Shown here: positions 1 to 15,230 of the stretch, piece by piece
Layout: every line of letters starts with the position of its first letter
Numbering within the stretch: the stretch's first letter is position 1
DNA from: Eledone cirrhosa
Lineage: Eukaryota
Assembly: GCA_964016885.1 (NCBI GenBank)
Contig: OZ024741.1
Coordinates: 276,768,001-276,832,000, forward strand
Length of the DNA stretch: 64,000 nt
Direction: 5' to 3'
Notes under the pieces: model-generated
What the model saw: only the letters and a program-made list of their open reading frames with translations
Database searches by the model: none
What the model was told of the DNA's origin: nothing
Position numbers and translations under genes: made by a program

Positions 1-32
1 CGTTGTCTTGTCCTCTCTTGTTATTTTTCTTA

Positions 33-77
<45 letters not shown>

Positions 78-290
78 AGAAAAGATGAAATCGAAAATGC
101 AACTGGAGTCTTTTTTTTAAATATATATTTATTTGGTTCCTTTACCGGTTTCGCAGTTCTTGTGCATTTCAAAAGTAGAATTGAGATGGAGAGTTTGTTA
201 TTTTTGCGAGAAAAACCACAAACCCTCCATCTCAATTCTACTTTTGAAATGATATTAAATAAATGGAAACTATATTTATAAAACCATATT

Positions 291-351
291 TATTCTATTA
301 TATATATTTCAAGGGTACCAAAACTTTGGTACGCTCTCATCAGAGAAAATA
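291..351 (-). ncRNA. Type I hammerhead ribozyme (PLE pLTR remnant)
   Basis: Minus strand: tattttct-CTGATGA-gagcgtaccaa agtt ttggtaccctt-GAAA-tatatat-a-atagaata; stem I 7/8 bp, AUA cleavage triplet; same family as 13729 and 41125. Confidence 0.75.
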
Positions 352-1015
352 CAAAGTTTGTTTTATAAATTTTGACATAACCAAGAAAAAATACCTTAAC
401 GGTTCAAGTTTTTCCTGGATAGTGAAGGAAAAGAGAAGAAAAGTCAGGTATTTCAAATTATTAAGATGAGTATGCAAATGAGGTTGAAGTATAGGGCTGA
501 AAAAATGTTATTTTAGACGCTATGCAGAATTTAAATAATTAGTATATATGTATGTATAAGTAGGAAGAAGAAAAAAAAAGAAAGAAGAGCTTGTATTTAC
601 GTTAATTTAAAAGGAATTAAAAATTTGCGGGAATGGTGGAATATGATTCCAGAATTTAAAGTTTATTTAGCTATATTATGAGTTATAATATTGTATATAT
701 AATCAATTAGATTATATGAAGAATTATGGTTGTAAGTAGATTTTATCTTATTACATTACAACAGGTTGTAAGTATATAAATATCTATATAGATTAACAAT
801 TGTGCATGTATAAGTATTATAGAAATAGAAATAAGTTATAATTATTAGTTGTTTACATTTCTCATTTTCCATTTATTTAATATCATTGAATATTATACTC
901 CAGGAAACTTGTCGAGTGCTCTGAATCAGTTATAAACATTTATATTTGTTGAATTACCAACAAATTGAATATCCCTTTTGCTTATATATATGTATTTATA
1001 TATATATATATATAT

Positions 1016-1562
1016 CGTTTGTGAATTTGTTTAGCAAGATTCTTTATCTGAAAACGTGTGTTGAAACCGATATTGTTATACTTTGGGAGGGTCATATTGC
1101 CAATAAGAAACACACGCACCAGATGTTTCACTTCAATTTATTATAATAAATTTATAAATTTAGGAATTTATAAATTTCCGGTTGGTTGGTTGGTTCCACA
1201 ACCAGATGGTTGTTTATATATTGTCAAAGTTCTTTCGTCACACATTCTGCGACCTCTTCAGTGACTGGGGGTTATTTTCTTTGTTTTTTGTGCCTCTCCT
1301 TTGTTCTGTCCTACGCCATCTTGTTTTTGTGTGTGTGTTGTGTGCTTAGTTTGTGCATGTGTTACATCCGGGTGTCTGTGTGTGTTTATATTCGTTTATT
1401 TATTTGTTTATTTACATGTTACTGGTTGGTTGTTTGTTCTATGTGCGTGTGTGTTTTCATTTTGTCCTTAATTGTAAGTTGTGATGTTGCTGTTCCACTC
1501 ATGTTTTCTATTTAATTTTGGTTGTAATTCTTTTATGTTTATTGCCTCTGTGATTTATCTAA
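1016..1562 (-). mobile_element. PLE 3' pLTR/UTR remnant between (TA)n tracts
   Basis: Contains a hammerhead; 1016-1266 is near-identical to 38344-38597; related to 10230-10470. Confidence 0.7.
1223..1265 (-). ncRNA. Minimal type I hammerhead ribozyme
   Basis: gtca-CTGAAGA-ggtcgcagaatgtgtgac-GAAA-gaact-t-tgac; stem I gtca/tgac, CUU triplet. Confidence 0.8.
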
Positions 1563-1612
<50 letters not shown>

Positions 1613-1619
1613 GGAATAT

Positions 1620-1662
1620 ACGATGCTGACGATAGCTAATAAGCTTGAAACTAGTACATCGT
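1620..1662 (+). ncRNA. Minimal type I hammerhead ribozyme
   Basis: acgatg-CTGACGA-t agct aata agct t-GAAA-ctagt-a-catcgt; 6-bp stem I, palindromic ACTAGT stem III, GUA triplet. Confidence 0.85.
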
Positions 1663-1819
1663 TCCTGTGTCAGTGTTGAACAAAAAGGTGACGTGGTTGC
1701 CTAAACACTGTACGGCATAATTCGGGCTGTTTGTTTGTTTACAAACAAACCGAGCATCATAATAAATGTTCGGTAAACCGATACGTGCATATATATGTGT
1801 GTGCATGTATATATGTGTG

Positions 1820-3945
<2,126 letters not shown>

Positions 3946-4070
3946 GTATAGGATTATCCAAGATGTAGTAATGGTTAATTACTACACTGGATATGGTAAG
4001 AGGTTACTCTACGAGTTATGGAAGAATTGTTGAAGAAACTTAGTTCCTGATCCTTCTGTATTCCGGAGTG

Positions 4071-4445
4071 TATATAAAGAATGAATAATAACAGGTAGAC
4101 ATCATAAAAAGGTAATTTATTCCGTGTGCTTACAAGTGTTTCCACGGTGGTACTACAGCCTAGTTATGCTATGTGCAAATTCACAAGTACTTGCAGAACT
4201 CAAATATCCAATGCTGTGACCACTGTTTCCTCAGAGCAGAATGGTAAAATGTACAATGTAAATACCCTTAAGTGGGGTTGTTGGGGAAGATAGAGTAGAA
4301 AAGGAAGAGAGAAAAGTAGGGGAGAGGGAGAGATAGAGAAAGATATGCAGAGGTTGGAGAAGTAGGAGAGAGTGGTTTGTAGATATCTTAATCAAAATGT
4401 TATGGTAGGGGTTTTATTACACTGGTTACTTTTGGAGAGATGCGT
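4071..4445 (-). repeat. 375-bp inverted repeat arm (3' pLTR), partner 6803-7177
   Basis: Direct reverse-complement match by eye. Confidence 0.92.
4127..4238 (-). ncRNA. Type I hammerhead ribozyme with extended stem II
   Basis: tgct-CTGAGGA-(~85 nt; gtggt/accac, acagc/gctgt)-GAAA-cacttgt-a-agca. Confidence 0.72.
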
Positions 4446-4729
4446 TGATAGTTAAGGTCGGAATTATTTATTGCCCCAGAGGGCAGGTTCATAGATGTTG
4501 AGAGGGAGGTAGGCCAAAGGCGAGAGACAGAGAGTGTAATGGATGTAGAGAGAGAGGTAGAGAGGGGACAGACGAAGTTTGTGTGGTGAGTGAACTTTGG
4601 GTTTGTAGTAGTAATCTAGGAATTGCACTGAGTTACCATTTATAGTGATAAGCAGTGTATTGTCTTGTAGTGTGGGGGGAAGAGGAGGTGGTTAGCTAGA
4701 AAGCGGTGTTATAGTTACGGGTTCGAATG

Positions 4730-6791
4730 TTAAGTTATTTTATAGTGAGAGAATTTAGCTTTTAGTTTGTGGTTGCAGTATAATGATCGTTCAATTCTAT
4801 CGTCAAGTAGTTTGTTTTTGGATTTTAATATGTAAAAGAGCTCAAGGTTACATAACCTGCAGTACTTCAATCCACTCCGATATGCACTTGCGCTGGAAAG
4901 TATATCCCATTTTAAGGTGAACTGTTGGTTGTGTTCACGGAGTTGCCAGGTCTTGTTGGCGAGCGTGGTCACAAAACGGTGATTAGGATGCTTGATTGAG
5001 AATCGAAGACGGTACCAGCGAGATTTAAACGAGGTGGTGGTAGATCCGATATAATACCATTTCTGGTCGTTCGATTCAACCGTGCATTGGTAAACAATGT
5101 TGGACTTTAGGCATTCATTCTTCAATGGACATCTTTCAGGTAGATGGCAGTTACATTCTTTGTTGTGGGTAGCGGGTATACCATGGATAGGTTGTGATAG
5201 CGGTACAGGTGGGTTGTGTAATACCCGTCTCCCATTTAGTGGTTGGGAGGCAGATATTGCGTTCTGCCCATCTATTAATAAAATGTTTTGTTTTGTAGAG
5301 TTGTTTAATTGCCTTAAGTTAAGTTTTTTTTATGTATGCTTCAAGGTTTGGTGCCGTGGAGTATGATAGTCTAATAGTTTTAGAGTTCAGAATTTTGCTG
5401 TATTTATGGGAACTAGGGAAGTATTTGTTGATTAACTTAAAGAATGAAAGAGATAGTTTTGTACTAATCGAGGCATTAAAAATAGGATTGTACCAGATAT
5501 ACTTTCTACAACGTGATTTATTTGGTGGTGATTTTCTATTATTAGTATGTCTGGTAGTACTGTGTGTGTGTGCTTGTATTTTAGTCCCCCGGTTACGTAT
5601 TCCTTGATTTCGTGTAGAGCTATGTGTGTTATGGAAATTCCTATCAATGTATTCTATTGTATCCCGGTGGTCAGCATTCCTTAATGCATTATTGTAGTAT
5701 TCAGCGTGTTCACTAAAAATATCAGAGTTAGACGATAGGCGAGAGATTCTAAGAGAAATACTCCGGGGAACTGATTTGATCATGGAGAATGGGTGGTTAG
5801 AGTTAAAGTTGATATCTGTCCGGTATTTAAATTAAGAGTTACGTCCAGAAAGTTTACTACTTTAAGATTGTATTCGTATGTTATTTTTAGACCCAGTTCA
5901 CTAAAAGATTTTCTAATATTTTTCCGTAGCCTTTCAATATTTTGGTTATTCAAGTTATTAACTAATAAGAGCCCGTCATCTCTGTATATCACCCCTGTAG
6001 ATTACTAAATTCACTATGTAATATGTGGGCTATGTAAATTCCAACGAGATCCGTGACCTCCGCCGAGTCATTGGAACCCATGGTAATATCGAAATTTGTG
6101 GGTCTGTCCTTACGTTCCCAGTAGCAGTTATCGAACTTAATAATGGTTTTTCTAGCCTCGAGAATAATACTAATTTCGTCCTCCGTTAGGTCGGAATTGG
6201 CCTTAGCAAACGATAGGGCCTTACGTAAAGTGCTTGGGAGATGGAAGAGTAGTATTCGTCTATGTCAAATTGTATAAACTTAGATTTATTCTTATTCTTA
6301 ACATTATTAAACCAGCGAATTGCTTCGCTAGTGTTGCCCCATAATTTAATTTCAATGTTCTTTTTCACTTGAGTTATTACTCTGTCAAGTATATGTTTGC
6401 TAATTTTCCCTATGTCTGATTTAGAAGGGCATATAAGTCTAATCTTAGGGTTAGAGTCAAAATTTACCTTATGGTCTTTCAGGTTGAAGGTGGGGGTAGC
6501 GGGTATAATCGGTTCGGTTCTATCGTCTATTTTGAGATTCTTCACCACTTTATATGCCTCGTTGTTAATATTTGCTAGCGTAGTTTCATTTGTTTTTCAA
6601 TATTTTTTGTGTAGTTCGTTGCGTATGAAGTTATTGTACCTATCGATATCCATGGTATACACGTTAGAGGTCTTGTCAGCTTTCACAACAATTCCATTGG
6701 TATTTTGCAATCTTCGGAGTAGTGCTTTCATGTTGTTCTGCAGCTTATTATTTCTATGTTTGTTGAACTTAATGTTCATGGTCGTTTTCAT
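4730..6791 (-). pseudogene. Disrupted PLE RT + GIY-YIG ORF
   Basis: KADKTSN, LKDHK..F...PKIRLICP, FIQFDIDEYYSSI, YRDD, NFLDVTLNL, IWYNP, NIVYQC...YYIGST, CRLC; several frameshifts and stops. Confidence 0.9.
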
Positions 6792-6802
6792 TAAATCTTG
6801 GT

Positions 6803-7168
6803 ACGCATCTCTCCAAAAGTAACCAGTGTAATAAAACCCCTACCATAACATTTTGATTAAGATATCTACAAACCACTCTCTCCTACTTCTCCAACCTCTG
6901 CATATCTTTCTCTATCTCTCCCTCTCCCCTACTTTTCTCTCTTCCTTTTCTACTCTATCTTCCCCAACAACCCCACTTAAGGGTATTTACATTGTACATT
7001 TTACCATTCTGCTCTGAGGAAACAGTGGTCACAGCATTGGATATTTGAGTTCTGCAAGTACTTGTGAATTTGCACATAGCATAACTAGGCTGTAGTACCA
7101 CCGTGGAAACACTTGTAAGCACACGGAATAAATTACCTTTTTATGATGTCTACCTGTTATTATTCATT

Positions 7169-7177
<9 letters not shown>
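6803..7177 (+). repeat. 375-bp inverted pLTR copy at the 5' truncation point
   Basis: Reverse complement of 4071-4445; runs straight into (TA)n. Confidence 0.92.
7010..7121 (+). ncRNA. Type I hammerhead ribozyme with extended stem II (inverted duplicate)
   Basis: Same sequence as 4127-4238, opposite strand. Confidence 0.72.
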
Positions 7178-7245
<68 letters not shown>

Positions 7246-7391
7246 TAGTTAAGAAAAGCAAGACCGCAAATTTCACAAGGAAGATATTATTAAAAGATTG
7301 TCAACATATTTTAGTTTGATGTAAGGAATGTAGAGAATAATAATAATAATATTAATAATAATAATGTCCGTTTACAATTGTTTCGCTACTC

Positions 7392-7446
<55 letters not shown>

Positions 7447-7592
7447 TGGATGAATTTGCTCCGCAACTTTTGATATATATATATACATCAATACTCAATA
7501 CTCATCTTTTTCCATTTCTTAGAGGGTTCTAAACTCCACTATCAGGCTAAAATTTCTTTAGTAAAAAAATACGGCGAAAGCCTCTATTTCTA

Positions 7593-7671
<79 letters not shown>

Positions 7672-7674
<3 letters not shown>

Positions 7675-7862
7675 CGAAGGAGTTGTGATAAGGAACCAGA
7701 TGGACCATAACGCACTAGAGTACTCAATACTTAGTGTAGTAGAGTGGGTAATAGGAAAATGTATGACCCCGACGGCAGAGCTCAAGCCGTTTCGCCGGCT
7801 ATTTCTGGACTGAAATAGCCGTCGAAACGGCTTGAGCTCTGCCGTCGGGGGTCATACATTTT

Positions 7863-7868
<6 letters not shown>
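7672..7868. repeat. Fold-back insertion of ~139-nt repeat family (copy A)
   Basis: Long arm 7672-7810, short inverted arm ~7812-7868; (TA)n flanks; homologous to 13323, 42738, 43966. Confidence 0.85.
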
Positions 7869-7912
<44 letters not shown>

Positions 7913-7913
7913 G

Positions 7914-8330
7914 GTCGTTTCGGAAGCCTCTACAATACAGATGGATAAATCTCCAGGTAACAAAATCAGGTGGCAATAGGAAGAAAGTGGATAAAGAGAA
8001 AGAGACTTGTAAAAAGAAATGTAAAATGAAATGAAAACCAGAGATGAAGTTACCTTGGAATAGATTTATTGTTCGCTATACTTCGGATTTCATGTCCATC
8101 ATCAGGGGTGTCCGAATGAACTTCGGATGTTTGTAGGAAAAGAATCTACGTGGTCCTTTGTTGCTAGTGCCAATGTCTTTATCCGCTTTCTTTCTACAAC
8201 CGCCTGATTTTGTTACCCGGAGATATATCCATCTGCATTTTGGGGGCTTCCAAAAAAACCATTTTTCACATGCTTCAAGCAAACTTTAACACTGTCAAAA
8301 ATATACACCAACACCCAGATACATACATAC
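7914..8330. repeat. Older fold-back PLE-end remnant
   Basis: Diverged inverted repeat ~7922-7997 / 8176-8250; tail atgcttcaagcaaactttaacac shared with 3752-3774. Confidence 0.55.
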
Positions 8331-8360
8331 TATACATACACATATATATATATATATATA

Positions 8361-8520
8361 TAGGTAACATTCCGTTAAAACGAATTTTTCAGTACAACGA
8401 ATTTTTTTTCAATCCCCGTCCACACCCTCAATGTGTTAGGTCAATCTCGTTATAAAGAATTTTCCGTTACAATGAATTTTTTTATACCCCGTGAAATTCG
8501 TTATAACGGAATTTTACTAT
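8361..8520. mobile_element. Tc1/mariner-pogo-type MITE
   Basis: Imperfect TIRs (..attccgttaaaacgaattt / aaattcgttataacggaattttacta), internal subrepeats, TA flanks. Confidence 0.6.
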
Positions 8521-8554
8521 ATATATAAGTTGACTGGCGATCGAAAATTAATGG

Positions 8555-9212
8555 TATCTGGGTGGCTGGCTGGTTAGATGGTTGGTTGGATGGTTGGTTG
8601 GATGGATGGACGGGTGGACAGGTGGATGGTTGGATGGTTGGATGGTTTGTTGGATGGTATGGATGGATGGATGGGTAGATGGGTGTGTAGATGGGTGGTT
8701 GGATGGTTGGATGGATGCTGGTTGAATGGATGATATGGATAGAATGGATGGATGACTGGTTGGATGTTGTTTGAATGGATGGTATGGTATGGATGAATGG
8801 ACGGGTGGATGGCTGGATGGTTCATTGGATGGATGGATGGATGAATAGATGGGTGAATAGTTGGGTGGGTAGATGGGTGGTTGGATGGATGGATGGATGG
8901 ATGGATGTAGGTTGAATGGATGGTATGGATGGATGAATTGACGGGTGGATGGTTGGATGGTTGGTTGTTGGTTGGATGGATGGTATGGATGGATGAATGG
9001 ATGGTATGGATGGATGGATGGATGGTATGGATGGTTGAATGGATGGTATGGATGGATGAATTGACGGGTGGATGGTTGGATGGTTGGATGGATGGTTGTT
9101 GGTTGGATGGATGGTATGGATGGATGGATGAATGGTTGGATGGATGAATGGTTGGATGGATGGTTAAATGGCTGTATGTGTGGGTAGATGTGGGGGTAGA
9201 TTGGTGGTTGGT
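8555..9212. repeat. (GGAT/GGTT)n degenerate tetranucleotide array
   Basis: Direct reading. Confidence 0.9.
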
Positions 9213-9504
9213 TGAGCAAGGGAACAGCCAGCTCATGAAATTAACATGCTTGTGGCTGACCATTCCTCTGATAGACATGTGTACCTTTAATGTAGTCCTC
9301 AGGGAGATTCAGTATAGTAGAGAGTGCGAGAAAGTTGGTCCTTTGAATTACGAGTACAATTGAGTTGGGCATTACGAGTAGGAGTACAAAGGAACAACGT
9401 GGAAAAATTGTCCTGCTCGGGGTCACAGCGGACCCTATCCAGAATCGAACTCATGAACTTACAGTCGTAAACCAAACATTCTAGCCACTAAGCCACGCGC
9501 CTCC
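9205..9504 (-). mobile_element. tRNA-derived SINE (second family)
   Basis: Minus strand begins ggaggcgcgTGGCTTAGTGG (A box) ... GAGTTCGATTC (B box), then a central domain. Confidence 0.7.
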
Positions 9505-9885
9505 ATATATGTGAGCATGCGTGTGTGAGTGTGTACATCTGTGCATGTGAAGGAGAAAGTGTGTGTGTATGCGTGAGAGAGAGAGAATGTGAGTGTGTTT
9601 GTGAGAGTGACGGAGAACGTGTGTGTGTATATATGAGACAGAGAATGTGTGTGTGTGTGTCAGAGAGAGAGAGAGAGAACGTGTGTGTGTTTATGTGTGT
9701 AACATATGTCTTTATAACGCCATATTTGATTCATTATGGCGACATTTGGATCATCTGGGTTTCAATATTATTACGCAATAATGTATCCGTTGAACTTGAA
9801 AGACTGCCTTATATGTATATGTATAAACACACACACACACACACACACACATACACACACACACACACACGCACACACACACTCA

Positions 9886-9938
<53 letters not shown>

Positions 9939-10187
9939 CTTAAAATAAATGTTAACTAAGCATATATTTTTATTGGTACTCAGAGTTTCATGATCGTATC
10001 CATTTGATGGTAGGAAATTAATCTAGCCTGATACCATCATGTAATCATGTAACTCTGAGTACCATTGAAAACAGAAAAACATTTGCTTAGTTTTCATGCA
10101 TTTAATGTATTTAAAGCATTATAAAATATCTCTATGCTTACAAATCGAGGGTTCATACGGCCGTATTTACAATTCGCACACACACAC

Positions 10188-10234
<47 letters not shown>

Positions 10235-10429
10235 ATACTTGGGGAGGGTCGTATTTGTGTAATAATATTGCCAGAATTAATAACAGAACACACTCACTGT
10301 TTGGTTGGTTTTCGCTTCTGTGTCTTTTATATCGGTTAATTTAATTTATTCGGTCCTCAATGTTACCATTGACTAACCAACGGTCAAAAATACAGATACA
10401 ATATAGACACAAACACATATATATAGTCT

Positions 10430-10471
10430 ATCAAAGTTCTTTCGTTGCACATCTGCAACATCGTCAGTGGT
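10430..10471 (-). ncRNA. Minimal type I hammerhead ribozyme
   Basis: acca-CTGACGA-tgttgcagatgtgcaac-GAAA-gaact-t-tgat; one stem I mismatch. Confidence 0.72.
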
Positions 10472-10818
10472 GCTATTATGTTTCCTCCCGTTGCATTGTA
10501 TGCTTACGCCATCTTTATTTAGTCTGTTTATTTATTTATTTACTTGTTTATTTTTTTGTCTTCTCTGCGCATGCGTTTGCGCGTGTGTATAGTGTTTTGT
10601 TTGATGTGTGTTCTTGTTTGGGTGACTGTGTATTGGTTAATATATTCTATCTTAGTTTACTAGTTTGTGTTTATATGCGTTTGTTGTTATTGTGCTTGTG
10701 TATTTATTTATTTATTTATTTATTTATTTACTTATTTATACTTCTCTTAGGTCAGTGTTGTTTGTTTGGGTGTTGTTATTCCATTCATTTTTTCTGTTTA
10801 GCCTTGGCCTTCTAAGTT

Positions 10819-12885
10819 CTATTTCGCTGGCCTATCTGCTGGGTCATTTCTATGTTTAGATATTATTCTAACTTCTATGTTGTCTATGTTACCGTTGTCT
10901 GGCATGTTCGTATAGTACTGAACCGTTTTTCGTCCTTTTAGTTCCCCCCAGTGTTGGTCTATCCTTTCACCTATGCTACGAGGTGTCTCGCCTATGTATG
11001 TTGTTGTCATGTTTCTGCAAGTACCCTCTGTACATCTTATGCTATAGACTACGTTTCTAGTTTTACAGTTTATCCGGGGGTTTACCTTACATATGATACA
11101 TTTCCTATTGGTACAGTGGGTTTTCTTAAAAGGGTAGGTTTTGCTGATCAGGGATTTTATGGTGGTTCCTGGCTTTTCTACCACCTTAATATTTAAGTGG
11201 GTTTTTCTCAGGGCCTTTCTACACTGGTTAGCTAATTTCCCTCCAGGGGTAGCGTCCACAAACATGACACTCTGGTATCTCTGGTTGTCGTACCATGAGG
11301 TGGCTCTCCCTATCTTATGTCTAGTCCTATCTAAGCTATTCCATGATTTGCTCCTGTATAATGGGAAAATTCCCTTCATGTCCAGTTCTATGAGGGTCTT
11401 ATACTTTTCCGTGGCTCCTTCGTATACTCTGATTCTGTCTCTTTGGTTGTAGCCAGAGAACTGCATGCGGTTGATGAAGTGTTTGATGTGTCTTTCCATT
11501 TCTGTTGGGTCGCACATGCGGGACACGTTCTTCATCACTCGCACCAAGTCTGCGATCAGAATATTAAACTTAACACTACTGGACATTGCTGAGTTTTTAA
11601 GTATCAGGTATTTGGAGGCCATGGCTTTAGCATAGTGTGAGTGGAGAATTTGGGCTCTCTCGTCTATAGTGTTAATCCAGAGTTCCGTGTCTAATACAGG
11701 TAGTCTATTGTTAGGGTGTTTGGGAGGGTAGTCGATAGTTACAGTTATACTCTGGTGTATGGAATTAGCTATCTGCTGGATGCATTCCATTGTGCTACGT
11801 TCTAAATCAAACTTGTTAGTGCTCTCTTGTGGGGATGTCTTTATTACTATATTGATGTCGTCTACGTAACGAGAGAATATGATGAGGTCTATGGAGTTCT
11901 CATCAAGGAGATCTTTGAGTCTCCTTTCCCACCATACCATAAAAAGGTTGGCAACGTCACCAACTATGCTGACGCCAATGGCTGCTCCCTTATTTTGGGT
12001 GTAGATCTTCTCGTTGAACTTGAATATGTGGCCCTTTAGGGTAGTTTTGATACTAGCCCCTATTGCATGTGCGACCATTTTTCTTACCTGATCATTGTTT
12101 TGGGGGGTCCATATAGCTTTGGTCCACCCAATCCACCTTCACATGGGAGTCTTTTTTGCCATTGAGGTTATGGTGGGGGGTCTACCTCTTATGGGTCTAC
12201 TGGGGCAGAAACGTCTAAGGTCATGGCTGTCTAGGTAGACAGTGTCGTAGGTAAGTCTAAGTAGGAGGCCCAGTTCGTCTGTGTCGACGTCGCAGAACTC
12301 CACCTCACTCTCAATGATCATCTCCACACATTTTTCCACAGCAAAATCAATGTTAATGGATGGGTACAGTGATACCACATTCATGCTGCTTATTATGCAG
12401 TTGGATAGGTTCATGTTTTTGTTGCACTCACTGATTCTGCTGAGGGGGTCCTCTGTACTGTCACATACATTTGGGGACATCTTGATTATGGGGCGTATAA
12501 CCATTGAGAGGAAGTAGGAGATCCTGTAGTTGCTAGCTATATTTGCTCCGCATACAGGTCTTGTTGGTGGTCCTGTTGTCGGGTCGTCGACTGTCTTGTG
12601 GTCTTTGCGGAGCCCATACAAGGGTGGTATGCCATTGTTAGACGCCTGGAAGTTGTTGGCAGTACGTCTGCTTGGCTTTAGGATGTCGGTCCACATCATC
12701 ATGTGAGCGTTGAGGATTTTCTCTCTCCCATCATGCATTTGCTGTGCAATTTCGCTCGTGTTGGTGATGTGAGGTTGCATAGCCTTGATGTAGTTCGGCA
12801 TGCTGTCTATTGACATCCTACCAGATGTATCCGTGGGTAGACATACTACCTCACCATCCTTTGTGCGCTGCTTGAGGCTAACCAA
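10819..12885 (-). pseudogene. PLE RT + GIY-YIG; two same-frame ORFs split by TGA at 12139-12141, frameshifts at both ends
   Basis: PPLYGLRKDHK, RPVCGA, SMNVVSLYPSI, GAAIG, YVDD, LPVLD, C..C..C linker, NVVYSIRC...YIGET.RSIGER. Confidence 0.9.
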
Positions 12886-13322
12886 GCCTTCTACAGGTTT
12901 CCTCCCAAGTTGTTGGACCTCTGGTCTGCTGTCTCTTAGTATACCTGTCTACTATTTGTCTAATATTATTTCTAGCTATGGTGAACTGTGCCTCTGTCTC
13001 GTCATCTATTTGTTGTGGTATGCAAACTCTTTTATTAAAGGGAAACCTCGTAGGATAGATATTACCCATCTTATATGTTTTGTCTGCTGGGTTGAAGAAT
13101 AGTTTCTCTAAGGGGTTGTCATTATATCTATCGTCATAGTTGTGTGTGTTGCTATTATTGTTATTATGGTGGTTGTTGTTGTTCCTATCATTAGCATTAT
13201 TATTATTGTTATGATTGCTAGATGTATTGTTGTTGTGATTGTTAGATGTATTGTTGTTGTTACTGTTATTTCTACCATTGTGGTTGTTACTTTTATTATG
13301 TTTCTTGTTTTTGTTGTGTCTA

Positions 13323-13460
13323 ACTGGAAATAGCCGTCGAAACGGCTTGAGCTCTGCCGTCTGGGTCATATATTTTTCTATTACCCACTCTACTGCACTA
13401 AGTATTGAGTACTCTGGTGCGTTATGGTCCATTTGGTTGCTTACCACATTTCCTTCGTTA
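13323..13460 (+). repeat. ~139-nt repeat family, long arm only (copy B), fused to the PLE 5' end
   Basis: Homologous to the reverse complement of 7672-7810. Confidence 0.8.
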
Positions 13461-13728
13461 TATATATATATATATATACGTTTAACTTTGGTGGTTTACC
13501 ACTGGGTAGAATTGGTCATTCTGCAATGTTAATCATGACGTAATATGAGAAAAGCACTCGACGTTATGCAACTCATCTATCTTCAATGAATCATGTTGGT
13601 ATGGGGGAACGGAATGTGCATAGTGTTTATAGTAATAAAAAATTAAGGAAATTCAACACATTTGGCCTGCTGTCATTTCATTTTATAATATATGTGTCAA
13701 TATTTATTTATAAAACTAACCTATATTA

Positions 13729-13794
13729 TATTTTATCTGATGAAAGCGCACCATAGTTTGCTTTGGTGGCCCTTGAAATATGTATAATGAAATA
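13729..13794 (+). ncRNA. Type I hammerhead ribozyme
   Basis: tattttat-CTGATGA-aagcgcacca...tggtggccctt-GAAA-tatgtat-a-atgaaata; 8-bp stem I, AUA triplet. Confidence 0.8.
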
Positions 13795-13825
13795 AATATG
13801 GTTTTATAAATATAGTTTCCATTTG

Positions 13826-13871
<46 letters not shown>

Positions 13872-13874
<3 letters not shown>

Positions 13875-14330
13875 ATAATAATAAAGGTGAAGACTAAAAT
13901 CAAAAGAGGGCTCGATAAGGATAAATATATATCAAATATATAAGAACCCTAGAGCAAATATTTATTAAAATAACAGAACATCCCGTTAAGGGTGAAAGCA
14001 GCGATTCTTTGCTTAAACTTTAATCTGTTATTTTAATATATACTAGCAGAATGGCCCGGCGTTGCTCGGGATTTGCTCTAGGGTTCTTATATGTTTCATA
14101 TATATTTATCCTTATCAAGCCTCGTGAAATAAATACGTTTTGTTATTGTGTATACAAAAATATTTGTACACGAATATATAATTATATATATAATTATATA
14201 TATATATATATTAAAATAACAGATTAAAGTTTAAGCAAAAAATCGGTGCTTTCTCCCTTAACGGGATCTTTTGAAACTAAAAAAATCAATCTGTGAACGT
14301 AGAAGTAAATATTTCGAAAAACGTTACACA
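13872..14330. repeat. AT-rich repeat family with internal inversions (also 41340-41548, 63898-64000)
   Basis: Shared gaagactaaaatc..agagggctcgataaggataaatat and taaaataacagattaaagtttaagc blocks. Confidence 0.7.
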
Positions 14331-14383
<53 letters not shown>

Positions 14384-14620
14384 GCGTCATAATGTCATAA
14401 TGCAGGCAGTCAGACATACAGACAGATAAGAATTATAGAGAGAGATCGCTAAATCGCCTAATGCGGTCCCTAGGGTATTGAAAATTTGAAATTGTTTTTG
14501 CTCAAAACACTCACAGGGCAATAAGTATTACATGTGTAAAGTTTGAAAACAATCGGTTGGGTGGTTCTCGAGTTTTAAGGAGTCAGACAGACAGAGAGAC
14601 ATTCTCTGTTTTATATATAT
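14041..14620 (+). mobile_element. Possible non-autonomous Helentron/HINE-like remnant, interrupted
   Basis: 5' tactagc..cccggcgttgctcggg hairpin; 3' aaagtttgaaaacaatcggttg...(caga)n..ttttatata. Confidence 0.45.
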
Positions 14621-14622
14621 AT

Positions 14623-14975
14623 GGGGACAATCGCTGAATATTAATATCAATGTGGTTTTTTATATTGATATTGCCTGGGCATCCACTGATAAGTGCCCAC
14701 TTGTATGTATACCTATGGACTATATGCAAGCTTCTACATAACCTGGACATTATTTTTCCAATTTGTAGAAAACTTATAGCGAAACGATCGTATGGAAAGA
14801 GAGATTTATTTAATTATGTCTCATATAAAATAATACAACCGGCTATCCACAAAATACGATATAGTTAGCACCCCAAACGTATAATTGTGATTATACTCAC
14901 GTATATCCTAATGTTTGTTGAGTGAGATGGGAGTCGGTTGGAGTATCGCTTAAAGCTTTCTCTGTTAATGTATTA
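14623..14975 (+). repeat. Interspersed repeat, copy of 45049-45395
   Basis: Collinear similarity (gggcatccactgat..aagtgcccac..aacctggacattatt..tagcacccc). Confidence 0.8.
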
Positions 14976-14976
14976 A

Positions 14977-15086
<110 letters not shown>

Positions 15087-15138
15087 ATATATATATATTA
15101 TATATATACTGATGAAGGACTAAATTTATTCATATATG

Positions 15139-15230
<92 letters not shown>

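Larger units (their letters stand above)
10230..13322 (-). mobile_element. Penelope-like element (Neptune-like, tentative), degenerate
   Basis: RT/GIY-YIG remnants 10819-13110; 3' pLTR with hammerhead at 10430; ends at (TA)n. Confidence 0.88.

Noticed and set aside
12139-12141. Single in-frame TGA in the PLE RT as selenocysteine or readthrough
   Set aside because: Not at a Cys-type position, the copy has other frameshifts, and no SECIS was recognised; most likely a nonsense mutation.
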